64,000 bases of DNA from Vulcanimicrobiota bacterium (GTDB lineage Bacteria; Vulcanimicrobiota; Xenobia; Xenobiales; JADMJV01). The notes under the pieces were generated by a model. The model did no database searches. It saw only the letters and a program-made list of their open reading frames with translations, and was not told the DNA's origin. The stretch spans positions 288,001-352,000 of the forward strand of contig JBFWNU010000008.1 of NCBI GenBank assembly GCA_050250895.1, in the 5' to 3' direction. The position numbers were made by a program, and so were the translations under genes. This document shows positions 46,202 to 55,475 of this stretch, in pieces; position 1 is the stretch's first letter, and every line of letters begins with the position of its first letter.

Positions 46202-46897
46202 CTATTGGTGCAAGCCGGTCTTGGAGTCAAAGGTAGGATGGTGGCGAGCCGGACAGCGCAACTCGAAGCTATCGTCCTCGTTGAGGGTATAGCGATAGGC
46301 CGCGCCGTTGGGACAGCGCGGCACCTTCGAGCCAAAGATTGTCTTGAGCTGCGCCGGCAGGCGGGATTGATGAGTGTACTTCCACTCCAGCAAGTCGTAG
46401 CCCATACGATAGAGATTTCCCTTGCATTGCAACTCGACCGGGTGGAGTTCGGAGGGATCGGTGGCGGCCGGCAAGATCTGCAGACTCTCGAAGAACTTGA
46501 CCACGTCGTCGGGTTGCTCCTTACTGCCCGTCCAGGTTGCCTCGAGGGTGATCCGGCGAATGCCCCCCACCACCACATGCAGCCGGCGGGCCGACCGATA
46601 ACCGTTGAACGAGAGTTCGGGGGGCACCATCTCTTCCACAGCCGGGAAGCTCTGAAACTCGAACTCCCGCACCTCGCCCTGGAACTCGCGCGGTGGTGGG
46701 GCAGAAGGCGTTCGGGCATACTGGAAATCGCTCATGTTATAGGTCGCTTTTCCGTCGCCAGCCTTGGCGCCGAACGCTTCCATGGCGGGGCGCATGGGGA
46801 ACACGACCCGGCAGGTGTCATCCACGGTCGTGAAGGGATAGGGGGTTTGAGCGCAGGCGTAGGCCGAGAGCAGCAGTACCAACAGGAGTCGCTGCAT
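46202..46897 (-). CDS. Secreted protein with C-terminal pilin-globular-like Cys domain
   Basis: Signal peptide; CKGNLYRMG…LPAQL…PRCP…Y.Y…F.L.C motif. Confidence 0.7.
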   Translation of the reverse strand: MQRLLLVLLLSAYACAQTPYPFTTVDDTCRVVFPMRPAMEAFGAKAGDGKATYNMSDFQYARTPSAPPPREFQGEVREFEFQSFPAVEEMVPPELSFNGYRSARRLHVVVGGIRRITLEATWTGSKEQPDDVVKFFESLQILPAATDPSELHPVELQCKGNLYRMGYDLLEWKYTHQSRLPAQLKTIFGSKVPRCPNGAAYRYTLNEDDSFELRCPARHHPTFDSKTGLHQ

Positions 46898-47250
46898 CAG
46901 AAGGCCCCCTCGAAGTGTTCGACCAGGGTCTTGTGGCCCCGGACCGAAACGGCCACCACGTCAAATCGACACTCGCCCTGCCAGTCGAGGCGAGCCATGT
47001 AGGCCGAGGCCAGTTTGCGTAAGCGGGCTTGCTTGCGACCCTCGACGGCCTCCTGCGGCAGACCGAACGAGTGGCTGGACCGAGTTTTGACTTCGACGAA
47101 GATCATGATTTGCTGGCAACTGGCGATGATATCGATCTCGCCATAGCGGGTTCTGAAATTGCGCTCAAGGATGCGCATTCCCTTATTTTTCAGCAGGCTC
47201 ACCGCGGCCTCTTCGCCGCGATCGCCCAATTCTTGTCTGATCCTGGTCAT
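46897..47250 (-). CDS. yraN: YraN (UPF0102) family nuclease-like protein
   Basis: LGDRGEEAA, RNFRTRYGEIDII, FVEVKTR, RFDVV. Confidence 0.95.
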   Translation of the reverse strand: MTRIRQELGDRGEEAAVSLLKNKGMRILERNFRTRYGEIDIIASCQQIMIFVEVKTRSSHSFGLPQEAVEGRKQARLRKLASAYMARLDWQGECRFDVVAVSVRGHKTLVEHFEGAF

Positions 47251-47345
47251 TAGGACATCATAATTCGGCCGCTCCGGTTAGACAAGAAGACAAAGATTCG
47301 AAAGGGTTCCCAAACCCGGTGCGGGGAATTGGTATGATTGTGAGA

Positions 47346-49010
47346 GTGGGCCTGAGATATCTGTTGCTGCTTCTCTTCGCCATGCTGGTAGTGGGTTGTC
47401 GCCCCTCCAAGCCGTCGCCTGAATTGACCGACTATCCCTTGCCCCAAGAAACGCCCGAGGCCAGTGAGAGCGGGCAGCCGCTGGAGACTACCACCCCGCC
47501 GCGCGGGACCTACACTCTCAGGGATTACTGGCTCAGGGCCAAGTATCCGGCCGAAGAACAGCAGGCGGTCACCAATCTGCTCGGTGATCTCCTCGGCTAC
47601 TACACGCCGGCCGGCCGACGCCAGGCCGAAGCCGAGATCCTGGCCTTTCATCACGTGGTCTTCAATCTCACCCGCTGGCACGATTTGCGCCGCAATCATG
47701 CTCTCATTCGCAAATTCGAGCCCAAGCTCAAAGAGCTGTGCGAACTGCACGACGTTCCCTTCTTGCCGGTGCTGGGCATCGTCAGTTGGGAGAATTCTGG
47801 CGACGTCAACAAGGTCTCCTGGGCCGATGCCGCCGGATTGGGCCAGATGACCTGGGGGGCGGTGGAGGAGGCGCATAACTATTCGGCCCAACGCTCGCGC
47901 CAACTGCTCGAGGAAGCCCGTTGGAAGAAGTATATGGCCGCCGTCACGGCTGACCCCAAGGCCATGCGCGAGGCGCGCGCGCTGGCCGAGAAGGCCGCCC
48001 GTCTTGATATTCGCCAGCGCCACCACCGGATGGCCAAAGAGGCCAAAGTCAACGATGAGCGGCAGCTGGTGGAATGCAACCTGGAAGATGTGGTGGTTTT
48101 CTACGAGTATCTCTTGTCCAAATACGGTGGCCGGGTCGATCACGGCATCGCCGCCTATCACAAGGGCGTGACCAATCAAGACGATATCATCTACGACTAT
48201 CTCAAGCGCAAAGAACCGAATTTGCCCTATCCCGAGCCGGGCAACCGCGATCTCTTCATCGCCGCCATCGAACGCCACGATGTCACCTATCTCACCCTCT
48301 GGAACGATTCGCGCTCGCGCGAGATGCTCAACGGCCTGCGGACCGTAGAGGGTGAGCCCACCACGCCCTACAACGCTAGCATGGCTCTCGGGGACGAGTC
48401 GGATATCTATCCCTGGAAGGTCATGGGTTCGCTATCGGCCTATCGGGCCGGGCCCGAGCACCTCGAGCGGATGGTCAAGCGCTACAATCGCAATCAGAGC
48501 GAGATCGAGACCGAAGGTTTGCCCGAGTACACCAGCCAGGCGGCTCTGGATGAGGGGATACGCAGGAATCTGCTGACCTTCGCTACCGCTCCCATCTCGG
48601 ATGTGGGCTATTCGGGGGGTGGTGGCAGCCGCTATTCGGCCTGCATTACCCGAGAGCTCGACGGCTATCTGTGGGGTCTGGCCAACCGTATGCGAGCCAG
48701 CACCGGCCGCAATGACCTGCGCCTGCCGGTCTCGGCTCTGCACGACGCCAGCGGCAAGCGGGCCAAGCTGCACAGCCGCGGCGTGGCCGCCGTCATCGAT
48801 GGGCGCTACTTGCAACCCGAAGAGCGCACGGCTCTGTCCCGCCTGCTCAAGCGGGACTACCTGGGCGATCGGGTCTATTGGACCAGCCTGCCCGACGGGC
48901 AGGATGCCATCTGTCTCAACCCGCGTTACGGCAACGAATTTCTCGATCTGCGCAGCAAGGCCGATCCCAAGAGTCCTGGCTCGGGTCAACCCGTAGACGG
49001 GCCGCTCTAG
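47346..49010 (+). CDS. Lipoprotein with lytic-transglycosylase (SLT-like) domain
   Basis: Lipobox LVVG|C; WENSG (catalytic Glu), AAGLGQM, AAYHKG; start set at GTG 47346 (alternative ATG 47334). Confidence 0.75.
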   Translation: MGLRYLLLLLFAMLVVGCRPSKPSPELTDYPLPQETPEASESGQPLETTTPPRGTYTLRDYWLRAKYPAEEQQAVTNLLGDLLGYYTPAGRRQAEAEILAFHHVVFNLTRWHDLRRNHALIRKFEPKLKELCELHDVPFLPVLGIVSWENSGDVNKVSWADAAGLGQMTWGAVEEAHNYSAQRSRQLLEEARWKKYMAAVTADPKAMREARALAEKAARLDIRQRHHRMAKEAKVNDERQLVECNLEDVVVFYEYLLSKYGGRVDHGIAAYHKGVTNQDDIIYDYLKRKEPNLPYPEPGNRDLFIAAIERHDVTYLTLWNDSRSREMLNGLRTVEGEPTTPYNASMALGDESDIYPWKVMGSLSAYRAGPEHLERMVKRYNRNQSEIETEGLPEYTSQAALDEGIRRNLLTFATAPISDVGYSGGGGSRYSACITRELDGYLWGLANRMRASTGRNDLRLPVSALHDASGKRAKLHSRGVAAVIDGRYLQPEERTALSRLLKRDYLGDRVYWTSLPDGQDAICLNPRYGNEFLDLRSKADPKSPGSGQPVDGPL

Positions 49011-52000
49011 CCGAGTTCGGCCAGAAAACGCAGGGCCCCGTCGTGGCCCGGCGCGTAACGCAACACTTCGTGGAAGGTCCTGCTAGCGGCGGCGTTGTCG
49101 CCGGCTTTGAGGTAGCACAAGCCCAGGTTCATCAGGGCGTTGACATCGTCCGGAACCAGTTCGATGGCTTTTTCGAAATGCACCCTGGCGTCGGCGATGT
49201 TGTTCTGTTTGAACTCGGTCTGGGCCAGTCCGTTGTAAGCGAACGGGTCGGTGTGGTTGCGTTCGAGCGCTTGCTTGAAGGCGGTAACGGCCTGCTCGAG
49301 CTTGTCTTGCTTGAGCAGACAGTAACCCAGGCGGCTATAGGCGTCGGCGTCGTCGGGGTTGGCGGCGATGGATTTCTGGAAGGCCTCTTCGGCGGCGTCG
49401 AGCTGGTCGGTGCGCACCAGGGCCATGCCCTCGATCAGGTGGACGAACGATTCGCTTCCGGCCGGCGGGTCGGCGACAGCGATCTTCGACAGAGCCACCC
49501 CCTCTTCGTAGCGGGTGTTCATCCAGTCGAGGTGGGCCGCCCACTGGGCTGCGATCAAGCCCGAGTTAGGGAACAATGCGAGCGAGCGGGCGAAAGCCTC
49601 GTTGCCCTTCTCTTTGTCGACGTTCTTGGTCAGCAGGGCGGCCACCAGGGCCACCTTCTCGTCGGGCTCTTTGGTGGCGGCCACCAGTGCCTCGGCCCGC
49701 TCGGTGTCGCCCTGGTTGAGCCAGCCGAAAGCGGCGTCCTTGAGGCGTTCGGGGGTGGCTTCGATACCCGGGGGCAGCGGGTTTTGGTGGTTTTCTCTGA
49801 GAAAGTTCAGGTTGACGGCCATCTGATCCAGCGAATACAGGCTCAAGGGGGCCGAGAACTCGAGCAGCGGACGATCGTCGGTGTTGAAGGGAGCATCTCC
49901 GGCTGCCGCCAGCGCGGTCTCGCGATCGAAGAGGTAATGACCGAGAATCGACTCGGGCTCATAGAGGCCGATCTCGTAGAAGTGGCGTCTGAGTTGAGGA
50001 ACCTCTTGATAGACGTTCTCGAGGCGCTCGAGATCGAACTGGATCGGTTCATTGGAGCCCAACAGCAAGAGGTCTCCCGGAGCCGACTGAAAGACCAGTC
50101 CGTAAGGAAAGACCGTGTAATAGCTCTTGAGCACCATCTTGAGGTCCTGGTTGGAGACGGCGTACAGGTTGAACCACTGGCACATGACTCCACCGGGCGC
50201 CAGACGTCGTGAGCAAGTCTGATAGAAGTCGCGGGTGAACAGGTTGCCGATCCCGGCGATCCAGGGGTTCGACGGCTCGCTGGCGATGATGTCGAACTGT
50301 TTGGCTGAGCCCAGCACGAAGGTCCGGCCGTCGGTGACGTGCATCTCGACCTTGCCCCCCTCGAGCACGTGGCCGTTGTAGCCGGCCCAGTATTTGCCCA
50401 CCTCGACCACGGCCGGCTCGAGTTCGGCACAGTCGATATGCTCGACCTCGGGCACGTTGGCCAGCGCTTGCAGAGTAAAGCCGCTGCCCAGGCCGACCAC
50501 GGCCACCTGCTTGGGAGCGGGGTGGAGCAGGGCGGGCAGATAGCCGGTCAAGAACATGGTCTGCTTGTCGGGACGACCCAACGAGGCGTCGACCTTGCCG
50601 TTGACCCGCATGGCCATCTCTTCGTAACGCTGGCCGTAATAATTGATGCTGACCGTGCAGCTGAGCCCATCGGCGTAGTAGGCCGGAGGTCTGAACATGC
50701 TGCGCATCGCCTGGTCGAGGGTGAGGTTCTGGTGGCGACCGGCGTAGATGGCGACTCCGCCGCCCATGACTCCGGGGTTCCATCGCGGCAGGGCCACGAT
50801 CATCAGGGCCAGCAGACCGCTGACCGCCGTCAGAGCTATCGCCTTGCCCTCTCTTTGACCCAAGAAGAGAGCCACCCCCACCAGAAGGTACAGCAGGGCC
50901 GCTACCTTCAGAGTCGATTGGGCTCCCAGGTTGGGAATCATCAAAAAGCCCGCGAGAAACGCTCCGGCAATGCAACCAAATGTATTGGCGCTGTACACCT
51001 CGCCCACGCTGCGGCCCAACTCGCTCATGCGTTCGGTGTAGAGGTGAGTGGCCAGCGGGAAGGCCAGTCCCATCAGGAACGTGGGCCCGATCAACAGCAG
51101 CCCCGAGAGGAGGACGTCGAGCATCAGCACCTTGAAGAAGCTGTCACCGACCAGGGGAAAGACCTTGAAAAAGACCAGCGGGAAGTAGCCGAGAGCCGGA
51201 ATGGTCAGCCCCGCCAGAGCGCCGATACCCAGTTGCAGCAAGCCCAGATGGGTGAGAGTGGGCTCACGAGAGCCCATAATGCGCGGGTAGAGCAAGCTGC
51301 CCAGTCCCAAGCCGGCCAGGAAGGTGACCAGGATCGAAGAGAAGGCGTAGACAGAAGAGCCGAGAGAGAGCGCCAGTCCTCGGGTCCAGGCCACCTGCAG
51401 GGCCATCGAGGAGATACCCGCCAGGCCAAAGGTCAGGGGCACCACCCAGCCGGCGAACGAGCGGGGATTGGAGGCTTCGGCTGCCGGGGCCGTCTCGGCT
51501 TGTTCGCTTTCGTCGAGCACCAGCCGACCCGAGCGCACCAGCCATACCGCCGAGCAGCCAATGGTGAGGTTGATACAGGCAGCCAGTAGCATCGACAGCC
51601 TCAAGCCCAGGTTGGGCAACAAGAGAAAACCGGCCAGTCCGGCGCCACTGAAAGCACCCAGGGTGTTGATGCCGTACAGGCGCGATAGCAACCGTCCGAT
51701 ATCACCCCGTTCGTGGACCAGCAGCCGACTCATCACGGGCACGGTCGCGCCCATGGCCGTGGTGGGGGGCACCAGCACCAGCATCGAGCCCGCAAAGCAG
51801 GCCAGATAGAGGGCCGTGCCCGTCACTCCCGAGGTGGACAGGTGCAGATAGAGCTTCTCGACCAGACTCAGCAAGGGCAGCGATAGCAGCGCCCACACAC
51901 CGATGCTGGCCTCGAGATAGCCGTAGTAGGCCAGGAAGCGAACCGGGCTGCCCGGCTGGGCCGAGGTGCGGTCGGCCCAACGTCCGGCCAGCAAGCTGCC

Positions 52001-52183
52001 CAGCGCCAACCCCGTCATGAAGGCCGTCAGCACGGTCGATACGGCCAACACTGTGTGCCCAAAACAAAGGGTCAGGCGTCGGGTCCAAAGGACCTGATAG
52101 ATGAGCCCGGTGCTGCCCGACAGGAAGAAGAAGATCATGCTGGCGCGCAGGATCTCGCCGAGTTTGGACCGGTCTGTCGTCAC
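49007..52183 (-). CDS. Fused MFS-like membrane domain / spermidine synthase / TPR protein
   Basis: About 13 TM helices (SG..GLIYQVLWTR, LYGINTLGA); VVGLGSGFT, ELEPAV, DGR, SEPSNPW; C-terminal TPRs. Confidence 0.92.
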   Translation of the reverse strand: MTTDRSKLGEILRASMIFFFLSGSTGLIYQVLWTRRLTLCFGHTVLAVSTVLTAFMTGLALGSLLAGRWADRTSAQPGSPVRFLAYYGYLEASIGVWALLSLPLLSLVEKLYLHLSTSGVTGTALYLACFAGSMLVLVPPTTAMGATVPVMSRLLVHERGDIGRLLSRLYGINTLGAFSGAGLAGFLLLPNLGLRLSMLLAACINLTIGCSAVWLVRSGRLVLDESEQAETAPAAEASNPRSFAGWVVPLTFGLAGISSMALQVAWTRGLALSLGSSVYAFSSILVTFLAGLGLGSLLYPRIMGSREPTLTHLGLLQLGIGALAGLTIPALGYFPLVFFKVFPLVGDSFFKVLMLDVLLSGLLLIGPTFLMGLAFPLATHLYTERMSELGRSVGEVYSANTFGCIAGAFLAGFLMIPNLGAQSTLKVAALLYLLVGVALFLGQREGKAIALTAVSGLLALMIVALPRWNPGVMGGGVAIYAGRHQNLTLDQAMRSMFRPPAYYADGLSCTVSINYYGQRYEEMAMRVNGKVDASLGRPDKQTMFLTGYLPALLHPAPKQVAVVGLGSGFTLQALANVPEVEHIDCAELEPAVVEVGKYWAGYNGHVLEGGKVEMHVTDGRTFVLGSAKQFDIIASEPSNPWIAGIGNLFTRDFYQTCSRRLAPGGVMCQWFNLYAVSNQDLKMVLKSYYTVFPYGLVFQSAPGDLLLLGSNEPIQFDLERLENVYQEVPQLRRHFYEIGLYEPESILGHYLFDRETALAAAGDAPFNTDDRPLLEFSAPLSLYSLDQMAVNLNFLRENHQNPLPPGIEATPERLKDAAFGWLNQGDTERAEALVAATKEPDEKVALVAALLTKNVDKEKGNEAFARSLALFPNSGLIAAQWAAHLDWMNTRYEEGVALSKIAVADPPAGSESFVHLIEGMALVRTDQLDAAEEAFQKSIAANPDDADAYSRLGYCLLKQDKLEQAVTAFKQALERNHTDPFAYNGLAQTEFKQNNIADARVHFEKAIELVPDDVNALMNLGLCYLKAGDNAAASRTFHEVLRYAPGHDGALRFLAELG

Positions 52184-52268
52184 TTCATGCCTTATACTCG
52201 CAGGCCCTTGAAATACCTCCAGTTTAGGACTGAAGGACTATCTTGGCACCACCCGAAATCGAGCCAGC

Positions 52269-53363
52269 GTGCGGCTAACTGGTAGGGTTTGGTTCCTTTT
52301 GTTGCTGGTCCTGGTCGTCTCCAGCGCTCAAGCAGAGCCTGGTGACTTCGAGAACTTGCTGGGCGCGGTTCGCCAGCAATTCGAACGCACCGGCATTCCC
52401 GAAGGTCAGCGCGACCCCGACTGTTGGCTCGAGGCCGATGCCATGCTCGACAAGGTCGCTCTCGAGTCGTTGTTTAGCGACCCGGCCCTGGGGCAACTCG
52501 ATATCGACGCCAAACTCGGTCAGGTTCGCCAGGCCATCGACGGACCGTTCGCCAGGCTCGACACCCTCTTGCTAGTTCAGGCTTTCGATCAGGCCGCTGG
52601 CAATCGAGCCCGGTTTCTCAAGCTGGTGATGCGGCTACCCTGGGGCAAAGAGGCTCCCAATTGGAAATCCAAGGCCGTCAAAGCCCAGGTCGATGGGCTT
52701 TTCACCAACCTCAGCAGCCTGCAGTGGGAGGATGTCGAGGTCTCCTTTTCTTCGCGCTACGAAAAGGCCACCTGGGCCTTCAACGTCACGGCCGCCTATT
52801 TTCCGTTGCGCCGCCGCGTTCGTATCTATGTGTTGGGCTCTTCGCGATGCCCGGTTTCGGGCCGGTCGAAGACGCTGGCCCTCAATCTCAAGGGGCTCAG
52901 CGAGGTCGAGGTCAAAGACGGAACGCGCAAGTTTACGGTGACGCTGCAAGAGACTAGCTTTAAATGCCGAGGCTGCGAACTCGAGTTGAAGGGATCGTGG
53001 ACCGACCGCTTTACGGCCCCCTCGGGGCAGGCTGTGGTGTTCGAGAATCGGTTGTTCATGACCGTCAAGGGATCCAACGTGTCGGGGCGCTTGATCGCCG
53101 ATGTAACTTCGACCGATGCCAATGGGAAAATGACCGGAGGTCGCATCACCTTCCGGCTGGCCGGTCGTCTCGACATGGACGGTGAACTCGACGCCAATCT
53201 GACCGGCGATGTCAATCGCCGGGCCCTGGCCTGGATGGACCAGGTGCCCGAGTTACTCAAAGGTAGCTTGAAAGGCTCGGTTCAGGACGGTAGTGCGCAC
53301 GGCGAGATGAGCATCAACGGGGTTTCCAACGCTTTCCGCTGGAACGCCGAAGTGGCCAGGTAG
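52269..53363 (+). CDS. Secreted hypothetical protein
   Basis: Signal peptide ending AQA; beta-rich C-terminal half. Confidence 0.7.
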   Translation: MRLTGRVWFLLLLVLVVSSAQAEPGDFENLLGAVRQQFERTGIPEGQRDPDCWLEADAMLDKVALESLFSDPALGQLDIDAKLGQVRQAIDGPFARLDTLLLVQAFDQAAGNRARFLKLVMRLPWGKEAPNWKSKAVKAQVDGLFTNLSSLQWEDVEVSFSSRYEKATWAFNVTAAYFPLRRRVRIYVLGSSRCPVSGRSKTLALNLKGLSEVEVKDGTRKFTVTLQETSFKCRGCELELKGSWTDRFTAPSGQAVVFENRLFMTVKGSNVSGRLIADVTSTDANGKMTGGRITFRLAGRLDMDGELDANLTGDVNRRALAWMDQVPELLKGSLKGSVQDGSAHGEMSINGVSNAFRWNAEVAR

Positions 53364-55475
53364 CTAGCGCAGCTTGAACAGTTCGTTCTCGGACGTTCCG
53401 AAATAGACGAAGCCGTCCCATACCACCGGGGAGTAGACCCAACCCTTGGGGATCTTGAATCGCCAGAGCCGACGACCGTCGTCGATTTGCAGGGCATAGA
53501 CCCGGCTGTCCTCGGCTCCGACATAGGCCACGTCGCCGGCGATACAGGCTGGCGAGGTGACCGCCCCGCGGGTCCGATGACGCCACTTTTCTTTGCCGGT
53601 GGCGGCGTCGAAGCCGTAGATGTTGGTGTCTTTGGCGCCGAAAACGAGCACGCCGTTGGCCACGGCCGGACTGGCCTCGATGGGGCCTTCCACGGACGCC
53701 TTCCACCGCTCCTCGCCGGTGCGCGCGTCGAGCGCGTGCAGAGTCCCTCGGCGGGTGGTCAGATAGACCACCGAACTGTCGACCACGGGCGTGGCTGCCA
53801 CCGGGCCTCCGACCGTCTCGATCCACAATTTTGCACCTTTGTCAGCCGACAGGCAGAAGACGCGGCCCTCGAGGTCGGCCGCATAGACCTTGCCGTCGGC
53901 GACGGCTACCCCGCCCGTGAGTCCGGCCTCACAATCGTACTCCCACTCCAGTTGACCACTCAGGTTCAGGGCATAGACCTTCTTGTCCATACTGGTGAGA
54001 TACACCAGACCCTCGGCCACGGTGATCGGTCCCAGGATCTGGTCGTTGGTGGGAAAAGTCCAGTTCTTGTTGCCGTCGCTGGTGTTGAGCGCGTAAAGCC
54101 GGCCGTCATGGGAGCCGAAGAGGACCATTTCGCCGGCCAGAGCGGGGCTGGACTGAATTTTCTCTCCGACCTTGAAGTTCCAGATTCGACGACCCTTCTC
54201 GACGTCGTAGCAGTAGAACTCGCCGTCGTCGGAGCCGACGAAGAGACGATTGTCCCCGATCGCCGGGCTGCAGCGGACATCGTCACGCATGCGAGCCTTC
54301 CAAACGATCTCGTTTTGCTCGGTGACGGCCGGGCCAGGGTAAAAGCCGGTGTGGGCGGGACCGCCGGCGAACATCATACCGGCTTCAGTGGCTGCTGGGC
54401 TCTCTTCCGGCAGCAGCGTCTCGCCGGGAGACTCGGTCTCTGTCGGCGTCTCTTCCGGGGTTTCCGAAGGTGGCGGAGCCCCCTGGCTGAGTTCGAAAAT
54501 CAGCTCGAAAGCCAGCGCGTCGTGATAGTTGGTCTTGCGGATGTTCGCCGCCCCGCCTAGCGACCAGATCCGTAACAGGTCGGCCAGCTGGCTCTCGATG
54601 GCCGCGCCGTCATTGGCCCAGGCGGCCGCCTGATCGAGGCTGAGAAAGCGAAAGTTCTTGAGATAGGCATCGAGGTCGGCCGGAGGCAGGTCGTTCTCTT
54701 CGGCAATGGCGGTCTTGATCAGGCCGGTCTGCTGGTCGAGCTGACCGATCAAGCCAAACCAGGCCTGAGCAAAGGTGCGAAATTCTTCCTGGCCGGCCCG
54801 GGGGGCGCTTCGCCCGTCGAGTAGCTGACGCGAGGCCACCCAGACGTAAGCCAGCGGCTGGGCCTTGGAAGTGGCCGCCAGGCTCCGGGCTCCCTCGCTA
54901 CTCGTCCACGGCTCCCACAGCGCCAGGCCCTGAACCTGCCCGCTCTGGAACCACTCCACCGCCTGGTCGACATCGCGGGCGCCAATCAGTCGAAAGGTCA
55001 GGTCCTGGCTCGAGCGCGCTTTGGAGATGGCCAGATATTCGCTGGAAGTGCCCGGTAGAAAGGCCAGACGGGCCGGCTTGCCGGGTTTTTCGCCCTTGAC
55101 CACCAGCTGATCGTAACCCTCCGAGAGCCCGGCCGGAAAAACCAGCAGCCCGGGATCGAACCGACTGACGGCCAGGGAGTATTGAGCCAGGCTGACCAGG
55201 GCCAGGTCGGTCTCTCCCGAGGCCAGTTTTAGCCAGCCGGTATCAGGCTCGAAGGTCGAGATGTCCAGTTCGAGGTCCGACATCTCGGGCAGGCGGGACA
55301 AGGCTCGCACCGGTAAGCCCGCGGCGCCCGGGCTGACGGCCAGCCGCAAGGTCGGTGGGCCCGTCCACTCGGGTCCGGTGGGAGTGGTGGGAGGGTGGGT
55401 TCGACCCATGAGAAGGAGCACTAAGACGAAGGCGGCCCCCAGCACCACTATCAGCGCGGCCAGCTTTTTGAGCAC
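53364..55475 (-). CDS. NMT1/SsuA-like substrate-binding domain fused to a PQQ-repeat (BamB-like) beta-propeller
   Basis: N-terminal TM; PGTSSEY and LALWEPW SBP motifs; about 8 repeats of the SSPA…FGS.DG.LYAL…G…W type. Confidence 0.8.
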   Translation of the reverse strand: MLKKLAALIVVLGAAFVLVLLLMGRTHPPTTPTGPEWTGPPTLRLAVSPGAAGLPVRALSRLPEMSDLELDISTFEPDTGWLKLASGETDLALVSLAQYSLAVSRFDPGLLVFPAGLSEGYDQLVVKGEKPGKPARLAFLPGTSSEYLAISKARSSQDLTFRLIGARDVDQAVEWFQSGQVQGLALWEPWTSSEGARSLAATSKAQPLAYVWVASRQLLDGRSAPRAGQEEFRTFAQAWFGLIGQLDQQTGLIKTAIAEENDLPPADLDAYLKNFRFLSLDQAAAWANDGAAIESQLADLLRIWSLGGAANIRKTNYHDALAFELIFELSQGAPPPSETPEETPTETESPGETLLPEESPAATEAGMMFAGGPAHTGFYPGPAVTEQNEIVWKARMRDDVRCSPAIGDNRLFVGSDDGEFYCYDVEKGRRIWNFKVGEKIQSSPALAGEMVLFGSHDGRLYALNTSDGNKNWTFPTNDQILGPITVAEGLVYLTSMDKKVYALNLSGQLEWEYDCEAGLTGGVAVADGKVYAADLEGRVFCLSADKGAKLWIETVGGPVAATPVVDSSVVYLTTRRGTLHALDARTGEERWKASVEGPIEASPAVANGVLVFGAKDTNIYGFDAATGKEKWRHRTRGAVTSPACIAGDVAYVGAEDSRVYALQIDDGRRLWRFKIPKGWVYSPVVWDGFVYFGTSENELFKLR

